DNA of 64,000 bases from Scyliorhinus canicula (Eukaryota). The notes under the pieces are model-generated. The model searched no databases. It was not told the DNA's origin and worked only from the letters and a program-made list of their open reading frames with translations. Below, in pieces: positions 35,411-49,110 of the stretch. Positions within the stretch are counted from its first letter, which is position 1. Each line of letters begins with the position of its first letter. The stretch is from assembly GCF_902713615.1 (NCBI RefSeq), contig NW_024055456.1:62001-126000 (forward strand). The letters run 5' to 3'. The position numbers and the translations under genes are program-made.

Positions 35411-37648
35411 GTTTGCAGAGATCAACAGAACAGGTTTCAACAGAAATGGCTGAGGCTGAAATTGTTTTCGCCAAGAGTTGAAAAGAGAATGAATCACATC
35501 CGAGTGCCTGCTGATTGTTACATTGCTCACAACGTCATTGGGCCACGGCCAATTGCCTGTAAGCTTATTTTCTCTTCAATTCAACCAATCTTCTCACAGG
35601 GCATTGGATCTTCAATTCATCTGTTGGCGCAGATCGAAAGCAGCAAATTAAATGTATTCATCTCCATGCTTACAATGATATGGTTATTCATAATATGTGA
35701 TGGGCAGTTGTTTCACAGCTGCAAACGGTCAAATTCTAATGGATTTGGTGGGCACTGTTGTAAATGTTGACGTTTTGATGAGAACTCTGTATTTTGGGTG
35801 ACCATTACGATCTTGTGAACATCCTGTTATACTGTGAGTCGACTGCAACATAGGCGTGCAGGTTAGGCCTCACGAATATTGCCCCTCAGTGCCCAAAGAT
35901 GTGCAGATTAGGTGAGGTTGTGGGGATAGGACGGTGGAGTGGGCCTAGGTAGGGTGTTTTTCAGAGGGTCGGTGCAGACTTGATGGTCCAAATGGCCTCC
36001 TTCTGCACTGCGTGGTTCTATTCTATCACGTTTCTATGAAGTGTGATCGGTCAGTATTGTGTGACGTACTATCGGTCCAGAAATTCCATTTGTCCTTCAG
36101 TACATGTTACCGCCTGTCTGCAATATTAAGCCGTCATTCCCCGATCACTTTGCCATTCCCTGGAGCCATTAACCACAGCCACTGGGTTTTTTGATTAAAG
36201 TATGTTGCTTGGTCAGTGAATGTTTGCAGACAACAAACTTTTCTGAGAAATGCAGGACAGAAATAATGCGTGTAAAATGCAAAACAAAAAGATACGATAA
36301 AGATATAAAGAAAGAGATTCAGAATTAGTTAAAGTATTTCCTTTCAACTCACTCATACTTCAATTGCGGCCATTTACAATGCTGAATTCTTAAAACATGT
36401 CTCCCGATAAAAGACCGCTGGAAACTGCCCCATTGATGATCTTGCACTTTGTGATCCGGACAGTGTATATTTCCCAGAATCGCCGTTAAAGGGCGCTGTA
36501 GTCACATGTTTCCCGCAGGTCCGAACTGGAAACAAACCTTGTGGTGCCTTTGTCTGTGGCAGCAACTCCCGCAGCCTCATGTCGCTGCTTAGACTCTGAT
36601 GAGCCTTACCTGTCCTGCATTATTGGAATGGTTCCTGTCGATATTCCCTGTTCAGTATTGGTTGTATCAGCAATGCATTGCGTTGAACCTGTGTATTCCG
36701 GCTCCAGCAGAAGATTCCCTAATCTGCAGTTACAGATTGACAGAGTGAAGCAGAACCATATTTCACCATTCCCTAACATTGTATCATTACTAGTCAGCAT
36801 TTCCTTCCCAATTATACATCTCTGTTGTCTTCCTAACTGCTGTAACTCAGATCTTATTGTTGGCGAACTAATATTGACTTATTTTTATTCTTCATTGGGC
36901 GTTGGTGGTAAGGCCAGCATTTGATGTCCCTCTCTCAGTTCCTTTGATCCCAGTGACTTGCTAGGTCATTGCAGAGCGAAGGTAAGAGTCAAAGAGATCA
37001 ATGTGGATCTGGAGTCATGTGTCAATCACTGGCCTGATGTGACAGTTTTTATATTTAATGTCCGGTTTGAGCGGTTCTGACTGAATAAACCAAGGTTTGA
37101 CATCAATAATTTACAGACTGAAACAAGGAAGCGTGAAGTATTCTGAATTTAAAAAATGGAGACTGGCGATTAGAGGGAGCAGAAAAGGAAAATACACCGA
37201 AAGGCATCGTTAAGGTCCTGAAGGTGCATTTGTGTTTTAAAAAAAATTATAACTGTAAGCTCTAGATATCATTCGAATGTGTAGTCCTCAACCAATCTTG
37301 GTCATTGTTGCGTTTCGTTGCATTTAATACAAATCGCAATGGGTTTCATGGTGGTGGTTTAATTATTGATTTTGGTTTATTAGTACGGTAGCGCAGATAT
37401 GTGACTCTAACTGGAACTCGCACTGTGGACATCTGCACAGCATCCGCTACATGATCGAACCCGGGGCCTCAGCGCCGTGAGGCAGCAGTGCTAACCACTG
37501 CGCCACCGTGCGCAGACAAACCTCATAGCATAACTAAATATGTGAACATGAGAGATTGTATGTACAATTATTTTTAGATGATCTTCACATCCGTTCGTCC
37601 TTGTAATTGACCGTAACTTACTGGGTGTTTGACCTGTGAAGCGGTGGG

Positions 37649-37988
37649 AGTATCTGTGCTATGGTTCAACTGTTCCCAGCTCTGTGGGTCATAGGGAACA
37701 GGAATAAACGCGGCTTTGCTCAGCTGCAGCCCAGAGGGTGAAATCGTGAAATTTGTCAAATTGTGGAGTAGCGCAGAAGAATGGTTTTGACAAACTCCGT
37801 TTAATCTTCAAAGTAAAGCGGGTATTTTATCAGAACAGAGGCTGTGTTTCAGGTTGATTCTCGAATCAGTTACCACCACGCCCCCAACCCGCATGTAGTA
37901 CTACAGATACAGGTGAAAATTATCCTTTCTCCTTCGATATTAACTCTTGGGGATAAAGGCTGAGTGACAGAATATCAATGACTCCGAT
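37649..37988 (-). pseudogene. TRAV/TRDV: TCR V pseudogene
   Basis: Acceptor at 37989; S-H-*-YSVTQPLSPRVNIEGERIIFTCICSTTCGLGAWW*...NFTISPSGLQLSKAA with frameshifts; RSS CACAGAG-22-ACAGATACT (37686-37649). Confidence 0.65.
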
Positions 37989-38429
37989 CTGACGAAACAG
38001 AGACCCATAACTTCCTGGTTCCACGGCGTCGCATTTAGGAAGTGTTAATGATGACTGGGAGATTCCTCCAGGAGGCTCGCACGGAAGGGGTTACCCAGAA
38101 ATTGCGCAGAACCGCTAAAATCCGCTGGACAGTAACGCAGGGCTGGGAAACAGCTGACGTGAGCGATTAAAATCGCGAACATTGGATGACTGCAGTTTGA
38201 CCCTGGTAGTTGCTGTTGAATTGTTAGTGGGAATAAAAACACTGCAAATTCCAGAGTTACGATGGAAACAAAACAGGTACTGCCTCGCACGGAATAGCCC
38301 TACCCCGACTCCCAGAGGAAACTCCATAGCACCCAAAACCTTCGCACCACCCCTATCGCCCGCCCACCCCATCCACGGGTTAATCCGGCCAGGCGCACCT
38401 GTGAACTGACCTTCCCACGCTCCAACCAA

Positions 38430-39200
38430 ACTCCCGGTGCGACTGGTCCTGCCCCCTCCTCCCGCCCCCCCCCCCCCCCCGTCTGGCGCCACCCGGTCCA
38501 ACAGCATCTCCGGGTTTAGCCCTCAGCCCTCAAGGACTGACCGCCCCACCCCCTCCAGGATTGGACACCCGCATCCCGGACTGGCCCCCCTTCGGCCCAC
38601 CTGCCCCTTCCCCGAGATCCAGCTCCCCACTCCTGTCCGACTCCCCCTCCTCTCCGCTTTGGCCGCACCCTCTGATCCGACCCCCTCTATTCCAGGGCTG
38701 ATCCTCCCCTCCGGTCTAACCCTCATCCTGCCGATTAACACCCCCATTCCGACCCACCCTAAACTCAGTCCCCTCCGTCCTAACCACCCCGCCTACACTA
38801 ACAACACCAACCCCCTCGATATGAAGCCCAATAACCGACCCCCGCCCCCCTCCTCCGTCCGACCCGAACGCGCCTCCCCCGTATGGCCCTCTAGTCCGAA
38901 CCTACCTTATTACCTGTGGTGCGATCCGAAACCTTCCGGTCCAACCTGACCCCTCCCCCCCACTCCAGTCCAGCCTGACTCTCCTCCCTCCGATCCGACT
39001 CGACTCCCGTCCCTCCCATTCGAACGTCCCCGTTCTCTCTTCCAGGGGAGCCTCTCTGGTCTGACCCGACCCCACTTTGTGGTCCGACACACCTCCGGTC
39101 TGAGCAGACCCCCTCCCTTGCTGTTCGATCACCGAACCCCCCTCCCCATTGTAACCTCCCCCCCACCCCCCGTCCAATACCCCGCCTCTTCTGGCCCACT
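38430..39200. repeat. C-rich low-complexity tract
   Basis: Runs of C and recurring CCGACC/CCGATCCGAC motifs. Confidence 0.6.
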
Positions 39201-39754
39201 TACCTTTTTAATTGCCCCTTTAAACACTTCCCTTCCAGAAGCTAGTGCTTCAAAAAATGGGTGCTTCTTACCTCACTGCGCCTCAGTTGCTACACGCCGG
39301 ACTGAAATAGACAGGTTCTTGATGAATAAGGGAATCAGGGGTTATAGAGAGAAGGAAGGAGAATGGGGATGAGAAAAATATCAGCCATGATTGAATGGTA
39401 GTGCAGACTCGATGGCCGATTGGCCTCATTCTGCTCCTATGTCTTATGGTCTTACGGTTCCAGAAGTGGGACAGGTATTTTAAAGCGCACATTATAGTGA
39501 TTATAGCTGCCACCAGAGGGCAGTGGGAGACTGGGTGAGTATATTTAGTGAAGAAAACGTGATGGAGGGAACCAATATAGAACCACAGAAATAATTTTAA
39601 GACTGATATCAAACTTGAATTTTAAAAAAGGTATTTATTATCATGTGTTTTCAACGTTGCTATTACTCTTGGGATGTTAGCATTTGACGGCTTCAAATTA
39701 GAAAATAACATAAGGACCTTCATCAGGATCTTCTTCTTGTCAAACCGGTGGCCA

Positions 39755-42700
39755 GAGTGTTCAACAACGCTGAAGGAAGAGTGAGTGAGGAGTGTGCAGC
39801 AACGCTGCAGGAAGAGTGAGCGTGGAGTGTGCAACAACGCTACAGGAAGAGTGCGTGAGGAGTGTGCAACAACGCTGCAGGAAGAGTGAGTGAGGAGTGT
39901 GCAACAACACTGCAGGAAGAGTGAGTGAGGAGTGTGCAGCAACACTGCAGGAAGATGAGCATGGAGTGTGCAACAACTCTGCAGGAAGAGAGAGTGAGGA
40001 GTGTGCTACAACGCTGCAGGAAGAGTGAGTGAGGAGTGTGCAACAACACTACAGGAAGAGTGAGTGAGGAGTATGCAACAACGCTGCAGGAAGAGTGAGT
40101 GAGGAGTGTGCAACAACGCTGCAGGAAGAGTGCGTGAGGAGCGCCCAGCAACGATGCAGGAAGAGTGAGTGAGGAGTGTGCAACAACACTGCAGGAAGAG
40201 TGAGTGAGGAGTGTGCAGCAACACTGCAGGAAGAGTGAGTAAGGAGTGTGCAACAACGCTGCAGGAAGAGTGAGTGAGGAGCGTGCAAGAAAGTTGCAGG
40301 AAGAGAGAGTGAGGAGTGTGCAACAACGCTGCAGGAAGAGTGAGTGAGGAGTGTGCAACAACGGTGCAGGAAGAGTGAGTGAGGAGTGTGCAAGAACGCT
40401 GCAGGAAGAGTGAGTGAGGAGCGTGCAAGAACGCCGCAGGAAGAGAGAGGGAGGCGTGTGCAGAAACACTGCAGGAAGAGTGAGTAAGGAGTGTGCAACA
40501 ACGCTGCAGGAAGAGTGAGTGAGGTGCGTGCAACAACGCTGCAGGAAGAGTGAGTGAGGAGTGTGCAAGAACGCTGCAGGAAGAGAGAGTGAGGAGTGTG
40601 CAACAACGCTTCAGGAAGAGTGAGTGAGGAGTGTGCAACAACGGTACAGGAAGAGTGAGTGAGGAGTGTGCAACAACGCTGCAGGAAGAGAGAGTGAGGA
40701 GTGTGCAACAACACTGCAGGAAGAGTGAGTGAGGAGTGTGCAACAACGCTGCAGGAAGAGTGAGTGAGGAGTGTGCAACAACGGTGCAGGAAGAGTGAGT
40801 GAGGAGTGTGCAACAACGCTGCAGGAAGAGTGAGTGAGGAGCGTGCAAGAACGCAGCAGGAAGAGAGAATGAGGAGTGTGCAAGAACGCTGCAGGAAGAG
40901 AGAGTGATGAGTGTGCTACAACGCTGCAGGAAGAATGAGTGAGGAGTGTGGAACAACACTACAGGAAGAGTGAGTGAGGAGTATGCAACAACGGTGCAGG
41001 AAGAGTGAGTGAGGAGTGTGCAACAACGCTGCAGGAAGAGTGAGTGAGGAGCGTGCAAGAACGCAGCAGGAAGAGAGAATGAGGAGTGTGCAAGAACGCT
41101 GCAGGAAGAGAGAGTGATGAGTGTGCTACAACGCTGCAGGAAGAATGAGTGAGGAGTGTGCAACAACACTACAGGAAGAGTGAGTGAGGAGTATGCAACA
41201 ACGCTGCAGGAAGAGTGAGTGAGGAGTGTGCAACAACGCTGCAGGAAGAGTGCGTGAGGAGCGCCCAGCAACGATGCAGGAAGAGTGAGTGAGGAGTGTG
41301 CAACAACACTGCAGGAAGAGTGAGTGAGGAGTGTGCAGCAACACTGCAGGAAGAGTGAGTAAGGAGTGTGCAACAACGCTGCAGGAAGAGTGAGTGAGGA
41401 GCGTGCAAGAAAGCTGCAGGAAGAGAGAGTGAGGAGTGTGCAACAACGCTGCAGGAAGAGTGAGTGAGGAGTGTGCAACAACGGTGCAGGAAGAGTGAGT
41501 GAGGAGTGTGCAAGAACGCTGCAGGAAGAGTGAGTGAGGAGCGTGCAAGAACGCCGCAGGAAGAGAGAGGGAGGCGTGTGCAGAAACACTGCAGGAAGAG
41601 TGAGTAAGGAGTGTGCAACAACGCTGCAGGAAGAGTGAGTGAGGTGCGTGCAACAACGCTGCAGGAAGAGTGAGTGAGGAGTGTGCAAGAACGCTGCAGG
41701 AAGAGAGAGTGAGGAGTGTGCAACAACGCTGCAGGAAGAGTGAGTGAGGAGTGTGCAACAACGGTACAGGAAGAGTGAGTGAGGAGTGTGCAACAACGCT
41801 GCAGGAAGAGAGAGTGAGGAGTGTGGAACAACACTGCAGGAAGAGTGAGTGAGGAGTGTGCAACAACGCTGCAGGAAGAGTGACTGAGGAGTGTGCAACA
41901 ATGCTGCAGGAAGAGAGAGTGAGGAGTGTGCAAGAACGCTGCAGGAAGTGTGAGTGAGGAGCTTGCAACAACACTGCAGGAAGAGTAAGTGAGGAATGTG
42001 CAACAACGCTGCAGGAAGAGTGAGTGAGGAGTGTGCAACAACGCTGCAGGAAGAGTGAGTGAGGAGCGTGCAAGAACGCTGCAGGAAGAGAGAGTGAGGA
42101 GTGTGCAAGAGCGCTGCAGGAAGAGAGAGTGATGAGTGTGCTACAACGCTGCAGGAAGAATGAGTGAGGAGTGTGGAACAACACTGCAGGAAGAGTGAGT
42201 GAGGAGTGTGCAACAACGCTGCAGCAAGAGTGACAGAGGAGTGTGCAACAACGCTGCAGGAAGAGAGAGTGAGGAGTGTGCAAGAACGCTGCAGGAAGAA
42301 TGAGTGAGGAGTGTGTAACAGCGTTGCAGGAAGAGTGAATGCAGAGAGTGCAACAACGCTGCAGGAAGTGTGAGTGTGGTGTGTGCAACAACACTGCAGG
42401 AATGGAGAGTGAGGAGCGTGCAAGAACGCTGCAGGAAGAGTTATTGAGGAGTGTGCAACAACACTGCAGGAAGAGTGAATGCAGAGAGTGCAACAACGCT
42501 GCATGAAGAGTGAGTGTGGAGTGTGCAACAACGCTGCATGAAGAGTGAGTGTGGAGTGTGCAACAACACTGCAGGAAGAGATAGTGAGGAGTGTGCAACA
42601 ACACTGCATGAAGAGTGAGTGTGGAGTGTGCAACAACACTGCAGGAAGAGATAGTGAGGAGTGTGCAACAACACTGCAGGAAGAGTAAGTGAGGAATGTG

Positions 42701-43638
42701 CAACAACGCTACAGGAAGAGTGAGTGAGGAGTGTGCAACAACGCTTCAGGAAGAGTGAGTGAGGAGTGTGCAGCAACACTGCAGGAAGAGTGAGTAAGGA
42801 GTGTGCAACAACGCTTCAGGAAGAGTGAGTGAGGAGTGTGCAACAACACTGCAGGAAGAGTGAGTGAGGAGTGTGCAACAACGCTGCAGGAAGAGTGAGT
42901 GAGGAGTGTGCAACAACACTGCAGGAAGAGTGAGTGAGGAGTGTGCAACAACGCTGCAGGAAGAGTGAGTGAGGTGTGTGCAACAGCAGTGCAGGAAGAG
43001 AGAGTGAGGAGTGTGCAACAACGCTACAGGAAGAGTGAGTGAGGAGTGTGCAACAACGTTACAGGAAGAGTGAGTGAGGAGTGTGCAACAACACTGCAGG
43101 AAGAGTGAGTGCGGTGTGTGCAACAGCACTGTAGGAAGAGAGAGTGAGGAGTGTGTAACAATGCTACAGGAAGAGTGAGTGAGGTGTGTGCAACAACGCT
43201 GCAGGAAGTGTGAGGGAGGAGTGTGCAACAACACTGCAGGAAGAGTGAGTGAGGAGTGTGCAACAAAGGTGCAGGAAGAGTGAGTGAGGAGTGTGCAACA
43301 ACGCCACAGGAAGAGTGAGTGATGAGTGTGCAACAACGCTGCTGGAAGAGTGAGTGAGGAGTGTGCAACAACACTGCAGGAAGAGTGAGTGAGGATTGTG
43401 CAACAACGCTTCAGGAAGAGTGAATGAGGAGTGTGCAACAACGCTTCAGGAAGAGTGAGTGAGGAGTGTGCAACAACGCCAAAGGAAGAGTGAGTGAGGA
43501 GTGTGCAACAACGCTACAGGAAGAGTGAGTGAGGAGTGTGCAACAACGCTACAGGAAGAGTGAGTGAGGAGTGTGCAACAACACTGCAGGAAGAGTGAGT
43601 GAGGAGTGTGCAACCACGCTGCAGGAAGAGTGACTGAG
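39755..43638. repeat. 35-bp minisatellite, about 110 copies
   Basis: Consensus GAGTGTGCAACAACGCTGCAGGAAGAGTGAGTGAG; internal re-duplications of 1120 bp (40141 vs 41261; 40451 vs 41571) and 210 bp (40841 vs 41051). Confidence 0.97.
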
Positions 43639-43854
43639 CAAAGGGGCACCGCAATCGTTGGACAGCAGAGATGAAGGTGAAACGTGGAGACTGGGTGATT
43701 AAAGCTTAAGGAATACTCAGCTTATTTAGCTAGTCCAGCAGAAACACGTCACTGAGTGAACCCGAAGTTAGTATTTGGCTCCTCGTTAAATTTTCAGAAT
43801 ATAGTATTCACCTTCTGGTTCTGAGCCGAGCTCGGTATTCCGTGTGAACTGATA

Positions 43855-44187
43855 ATGCTTCGGGTTCACACAGGCATTTTGCTGTGTTTCACTCTGATCT
43901 GCACGGAGGTGAGCGGAGAAGCTGAGGTGCAGCAGCTCCCTGGGTGGATGGTTGTTAGTGAAGCGGGTAATGTGTCCATGAACTGCACCAGCAGTATAGC
44001 ATTTAACCTCGTACTCTGGTACAGACAGTACCCGAACCAGTCACCCCAGCATCTGGTGATGGCCACAAGAGGAACCGATCAACACGGGAGAATTGCAGCT
44101 TCAATCGGTGGAGACAACAAGCTCAGTATCCTGACTGTGAGAGAGGCGCATGTTACAGACGCTGCCACCTATCTCTGCGCTGTGAGG
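43855..44187 (+). CDS. TRAV/TRDV: TCR alpha/delta V gene with leader and V in one exon (family-3-like)
   Basis: Continuous ORF MLRVHTGILLCFTLICTEVSG-EAEVQQLPGWMVVSEAGNVSMNC...LWYRQYPNQSP...DAATYLCAVR; canonical RSS CACAGTG-23-ACAAAAACC (44188-44226). Confidence 0.88.
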
Positions 44188-45685
44188 CACAGTGTAACTA
44201 ACAGAGGGAGACCCCATACAAAAACCTGCACCGTCTTACAAAGCCGCTTCGCTTCTGCAATATCGGCGTTTCATGAAGCGGGGTGTTGTATTCCATGGGA
44301 AGCGGGAATGACAACAACACGTATATAGAAGCGGAAGATTTAAAGAGGGTGAAATATGAAGAGAGTTGAACACATGTCGAAGAAAAGGGAAACGTCAACA
44401 TGTAAATGAAAATGAAATGAAATGAAATGAAAATGAAATGAAAATCGCTTATTGTCACGAGTAGGCTTCAAATGAAGTTACTGTGAAAAGCCCCTAGTCG
44501 CCACATTCCGCCACAAATCGGAACGAGTGAAAAAAGAATACGTAAACAGCACAGAACATTCTGAAACAATGAAAAGAAAAATGTAAAAAAGTGAAAAATA
44601 ACGATCAGGTAAAATTAGAGTTAACGATCAGGTAAAATTATAAATGAAGTGACTCATAAATAATGTAAAACGGCCTTTTTTAACATCATTCAATCTTCTT
44701 TGATAATTCGACAGTTTATAGTTTGAAAAACGGCTTTTGAAGAATTGCCATTGGATATTGCCCAAAAAGTAAATGTACACCATTTCATCCCTCCTGCCCA
44801 TGTAAATCTCTCCCACTGGGAACCCCGCCAGAGGGCGAGCAGGTCCCAAAGTATTTCCTGTTATCAACTGCAAATTATCGACAAAGTACATGCGGTAACG
44901 CTGCGAGCTGCCGTCCTGACGACAGCTTGTTCAAACTCTGTACACATTTTCTGCCCTGTGATAGCGGAGATCTTTCCCAGTTTGTTATTGCTGCCTCAGC
45001 AGGAGTCCCGGGATCTGTGTTTCTGTAACCTTTTCCTGAAATCCACAACGAACATCAAACTGGATTGTTTTTCTGTTTGTCAGGATGTGGTGAGTACTAG
45101 GGCTTCGAATGTTTACAATTTAGATAAATGACTTGGACGGTATAGTTGCTCAGTCTGCTGACCACAGAGAGAGATGTAGGAAAGTAAATGTTCAAGAGGT
45201 CCTGAGGGGTCTATAAAAGGGCATGGACAGGGTAAGTGAATAGTCAAAGATCTGGCGAACAGAATATAATCTGGAAAATATTATTTTTTTAAGTTTGGGA
45301 AGTAGATACACAAATTATCTGAGGAATTATCTGTATAGCTGATTATCTGAGGAATTGCAGTGGACTGAGATTCAGAGGGATCTGGGTGTCCAAGTGCGTG
45401 AATCACAAACGTCAGTTTCCAGGTGTAGCAAATAATGAGAATATTGTTGTTTATTGTGAGGTGAATTCATCACAAAAACATGGAGGTTATGCTTCAGTTA
45501 TAGAGGGTATGAGTGGGATCACATCTGGGGTACTGTGCAGTAGGGCGCGATTTGTTGCAATTTTCTAATGGTCTCCTACTGTGACTGTCACTATGGAGGC
45601 TGGATTATTGTTTCTTTGCTGAGCACTAACTGGAACTCTGACTGTTGGGTTTTTGTACGGGACCCGCTATATCTGTAGCAATGTA

Positions 45686-46120
45686 GGGGCTGCAAGGCAC
45701 AAAGATACAGTGCGCGATCAGACATCAGCGTGTTGCCTATAATTGTCTGTAAATGTTCTTCCCCAGAACATGAAGAATGTATTGTGGAGACTTCCCGGGA
45801 CTCTGGCTGTACCAGTACACATACTGGTTAGAAGTGATTGTCTTCAAGTTGCAGGTTAGTGTGACATTACTTTCCTCTTCAATCTTTATTTCAGCATTCG
45901 GCTGCTCCACTGTGGCTCCAATCTGACATAAAAATTAGATTAAGAGCAACAATCAATATTAGCCTCAAATTGATCAACTTAATCTTCACCATCATTATTG
46001 TTTTCACCAGCAATAACATCTGGGTTACAGCAGCCAGGAGGAGAATGGAGTTTTACTGGGAAGGAAATACTTACTGAGAAGTGAGATAATGATGAGCATC
46101 TGAGCGAGCCGGTTCCCCAT
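45686..46120 (-). pseudogene. TRAV/TRDV: TCR V pseudogene (family 2)
   Basis: Leader 46120-46075 (MGNRLAQMLIIISLL). V exon 45922-45686 with an FR1 indel and a large CDR2/FR3 deletion. Heptamer mutated to TACATTG, 22 spacer, ACAAAAACC. Confidence 0.85.
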
Positions 46121-46494
46121 CATCCTTCCTGAGTCTGGAACTCTGCAGTGAGAGGAATGCTCTGCCAGAGACAGAAATACAGATCCCCGTCACACTGCAT
46201 TGCTCATCCAGCCAATGGCAGAGGCAGAAATGCAGACCCCCGTCACACTGCACTGCTGATCCAGCCAATGGCAGCGACAGCAACTTCTCCACTGACACAA
46301 TTGGGTCAGAGCGAGAGCAGCAACCGCAAGCTGTGGGCGGGGATACCGCAGACTCAGAGTGACATGTGTGCTGACTCTCAGCTGCACTCGGAGCAGAAAT
46401 AGGAAGGGATGAATCTGCAGAAGACTGTGACCATCCTGCACCTGCTCACTGTTCAAGCCACTGAGAAGAAATCGAGCGGGAGGGACATGAAGCC

Positions 46495-46738
46495 CATTTA
46501 AACACGGCTTCTGCAAATAGTCTGCCTGTCAATGTAGAGCATCAAAAGAGCAGAAGGATAAACAAATCTGCCAATGTTTGTTCTCCGTGGGGCTGGGATG
46601 AAATTAACCCGGCTGATGGAGGTAAACCTCTATTAATTGTATGAGTGTGCGTAAATTCTCATCAATCTGTTAAACTGTACTGATGAGTATAATGTATTAC
46701 TTACTGTTCAAGAGCACCGCCAGTATTATGAGAAACGT
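46495..46738 (-). pseudogene. Truncated family-1 V relic
   Basis: Leader 46738-46705 with start codon mutated to ACG; only about 30 nt of V exon (GGCAGACTATTTGCAGAA) remain after the acceptor at 46526. Confidence 0.6.
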
Positions 46739-47199
46739 GTCTGATTGAATCGCTCAGTGAATGGGAATGAAATGAGTCAGATTTTTGGAAGGCGAGAGAA
46801 CCCGGGTTCTGTTCAGCTCATTGTTCCGCCCAGTCACAGCAGGGGGTCAGGCCCATTGTGACATCTCTGAGGATACCTCTGTTGTTGGTTTCATGTGACT
46901 TTCCAATCATCATGCTTGGGCTTTGCGCCCTCTGCTGGTGGATTCTGTTCAATCCGTTTCCGAATGGAGGTTACTGGATGGACTTAAGGTTTATAATATA
47001 ATAATCTTTAATGTCACAAGTAGGCTTACATTAACACTGTAATTATTGATTTGTATATCAAAACATCAATGTCAGGAATGAGATTTGACTATTTAAATCT
47101 GGATTCTGCTCATTATTACTTTCTCTGACCCAGGTCCAATCCATTGCACTGGGAGTCCGTTCACACCTATCCCAGAGCTGGATCAGGAATCCAGTGCGT

Positions 47200-49110
47200 T
47201 CTGGCTTTCCAGTCCCCTGAGCCATCCCCAGCCATTGTTCGCCGACAACATGAAAATGGGCGGTGTTCTAAATAGCGAGGAGGAAAGGTTTAGATTGCAG
47301 GATGATGTAGACGGACGGGTGAGATGGGCAGAACAGTGGCAAATGAAATTTAACCCTGAAAAGAATGAGATGATGCATTTTGGGAGGACTAACAATGCAA
47401 GAAAATACACAATGAACGGCAGGACGCCAAGAAGTATAGAAGCAAGGGGGAAGCTTGGGTTCATGTCCGTAGACCCCCGAAGGCAACAGGACAATGACTT
47501 AAGGTGGTGAGGATGACATATGGGATGTTTGTCTATATTAGCCGACGCATGGAATATAAGAGTAGGGAAGTTGTTATGGAGCTGTATAAAACGCTGGTTA
47601 GCCACAAGATGGAGTATTTTGTGCACATCTGGTCGTCACATTATGGGAAGGATGCGATTGCACCAGAGAGGTGCAGAGGAGATTAATGAGACAACGTATA
47701 TTTCAGAAATTCATTGGATATGCACTAAGTGCTTGGAGGTGATTTTGAGAGATGCGAGAAGGTCATGTTATATGAATATATTTTTTTCCCTTTCGATTAG
47801 TGTTATTTTAGCAGTGTCACGATAAAATAAATCAACCTGTCGCGTGATTTAATGGGGAACAAAGTGTCGTTTGGGGCGCAATTGACAGGATGTTTCTCAA
47901 TGGCCGCATTTGCGAGATCGCAGCCCGTCTTTAAGGGCACTCGGTGTTGGAAAGTAGCCCCCAAGAGCTTCTCACCATTACTGGCTACCACGCCGTCAGA
48001 TTCGCTGGATGCGCACCTCATCTAAGGAGGGGAGCCGGCTGCTCTTAAATGCTCCCTCACCATTCACTGCAGTCAACGCAGAAACATAGCAATATGTAGA
48101 GCTGCCCCTCCCTTTGGCGATGCCTACACCTGGCCAAGCTTCTCGGTGCTGTGGATGCATGAGATGGGACATCCTGTTCCGGGGGGGGGGGGGGGCGGGG
48201 CGGGGGGGGGGGGGGGTCAGAGGGCCAGCAGCAGAGGCACCAATACCACCTAGGAGGCTGTGACAACGACTGTCAGTGTGACAGCATGGCAAGGGGGACC
48301 GTCGTCCAATGTAGGAAAAAGACCAATGACCTCCAGTGACCTGCAGGGGTAAGTTACCACCTCTCTCTTGGCATCAGGTCCGCCTGCCACCCCTGAAGTC
48401 CAATTCCCCAAACACATGGCTGGCTGGCACCTTGCACGCACTGGTCTTTGTGCTTGCTCCTCAGAGCTCACTGGCACCTAGCATCACAACCCCTTGATGT
48501 CCAGGTGAGGTGCCCACACATACCATCTGCTATAGAACTCCCCTCCCAGCCCCGAGGCATGGACTAGAAGAGTAGGGAGGTTATTATGGAGCTGTATAGA
48601 ATGCTGGCTAGCCCGCAGCTGGAGTATTTTCTGCACATCTGGTCACATTATAGAAAGAATATGATTGCACCAGAGAAGGTGCAGAGGAGATTAATCAGGA
48701 AGTTTTCTGGGCAGGAGTGTTTCAGTTGTGAAAAGAGGCTGAATAGGCTGGGATTATTGCCCTTAAAGCAGAGAATGTTGCGGAGGATCTGATCGAGGTG
48801 TTCAAAATTCTGAGGAACATAGATAGGAAGAAATTTTCCCCCTCAGTAGAGCGGGCAAAAACCAGGCGGCATAGATTTAAGGTAAGGGGTAGGAATTTGG
48901 AAGGAATTTAAGCGTAGTGAGAACCTGGAACACACTAACTGTGTTCCAGAGGTGGGAACACTCACAACACTTAAGAAGCGTTGAGATGAGGACTTGAAAC
49001 GCCATAACATACAAAGCTACGGACCAAGTGCGAGGAAATTGCTTTAGATTAGATGGATACTTGATGGCCGGGGCAAACACAATGGGCCAAAGGGCCTGTT
49101 CTTTGCTGTA
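47200..49110 (+). mobile_element. CR1 fragments (inverted paralogue of 8110-9000) split by an unrelated insertion at about 47690-48560
   Basis: ORFs 47235-47510, 47504-47686 and 48586-48792 match the 8461-9129 minus-strand ORFs. Confidence 0.7.

Noticed and set aside
36606-36740. Possible small minus-strand exon ending in AG|GTAAGG
   Set aside because: The only open frame is phase 2/2, incompatible with Ig/TCR phase-1 exons, and has no recognisable motif.
38430-39200. Pro- or Gly-rich ORFs in the C-rich tract
   Set aside because: Low-complexity artefact with no domain signal.
39755-43638. CRISPR-like array
   Set aside because: Units are head-to-tail with no unique spacers, there are no cas genes, and the DNA is vertebrate.
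39622-43649. Very long ORFs (up to 877 aa) rich in L/H/T/C/S
   Set aside because: They are translations of the stop-poor strand of the 35-bp minisatellite; several overlapping frames give the same periodic peptide.
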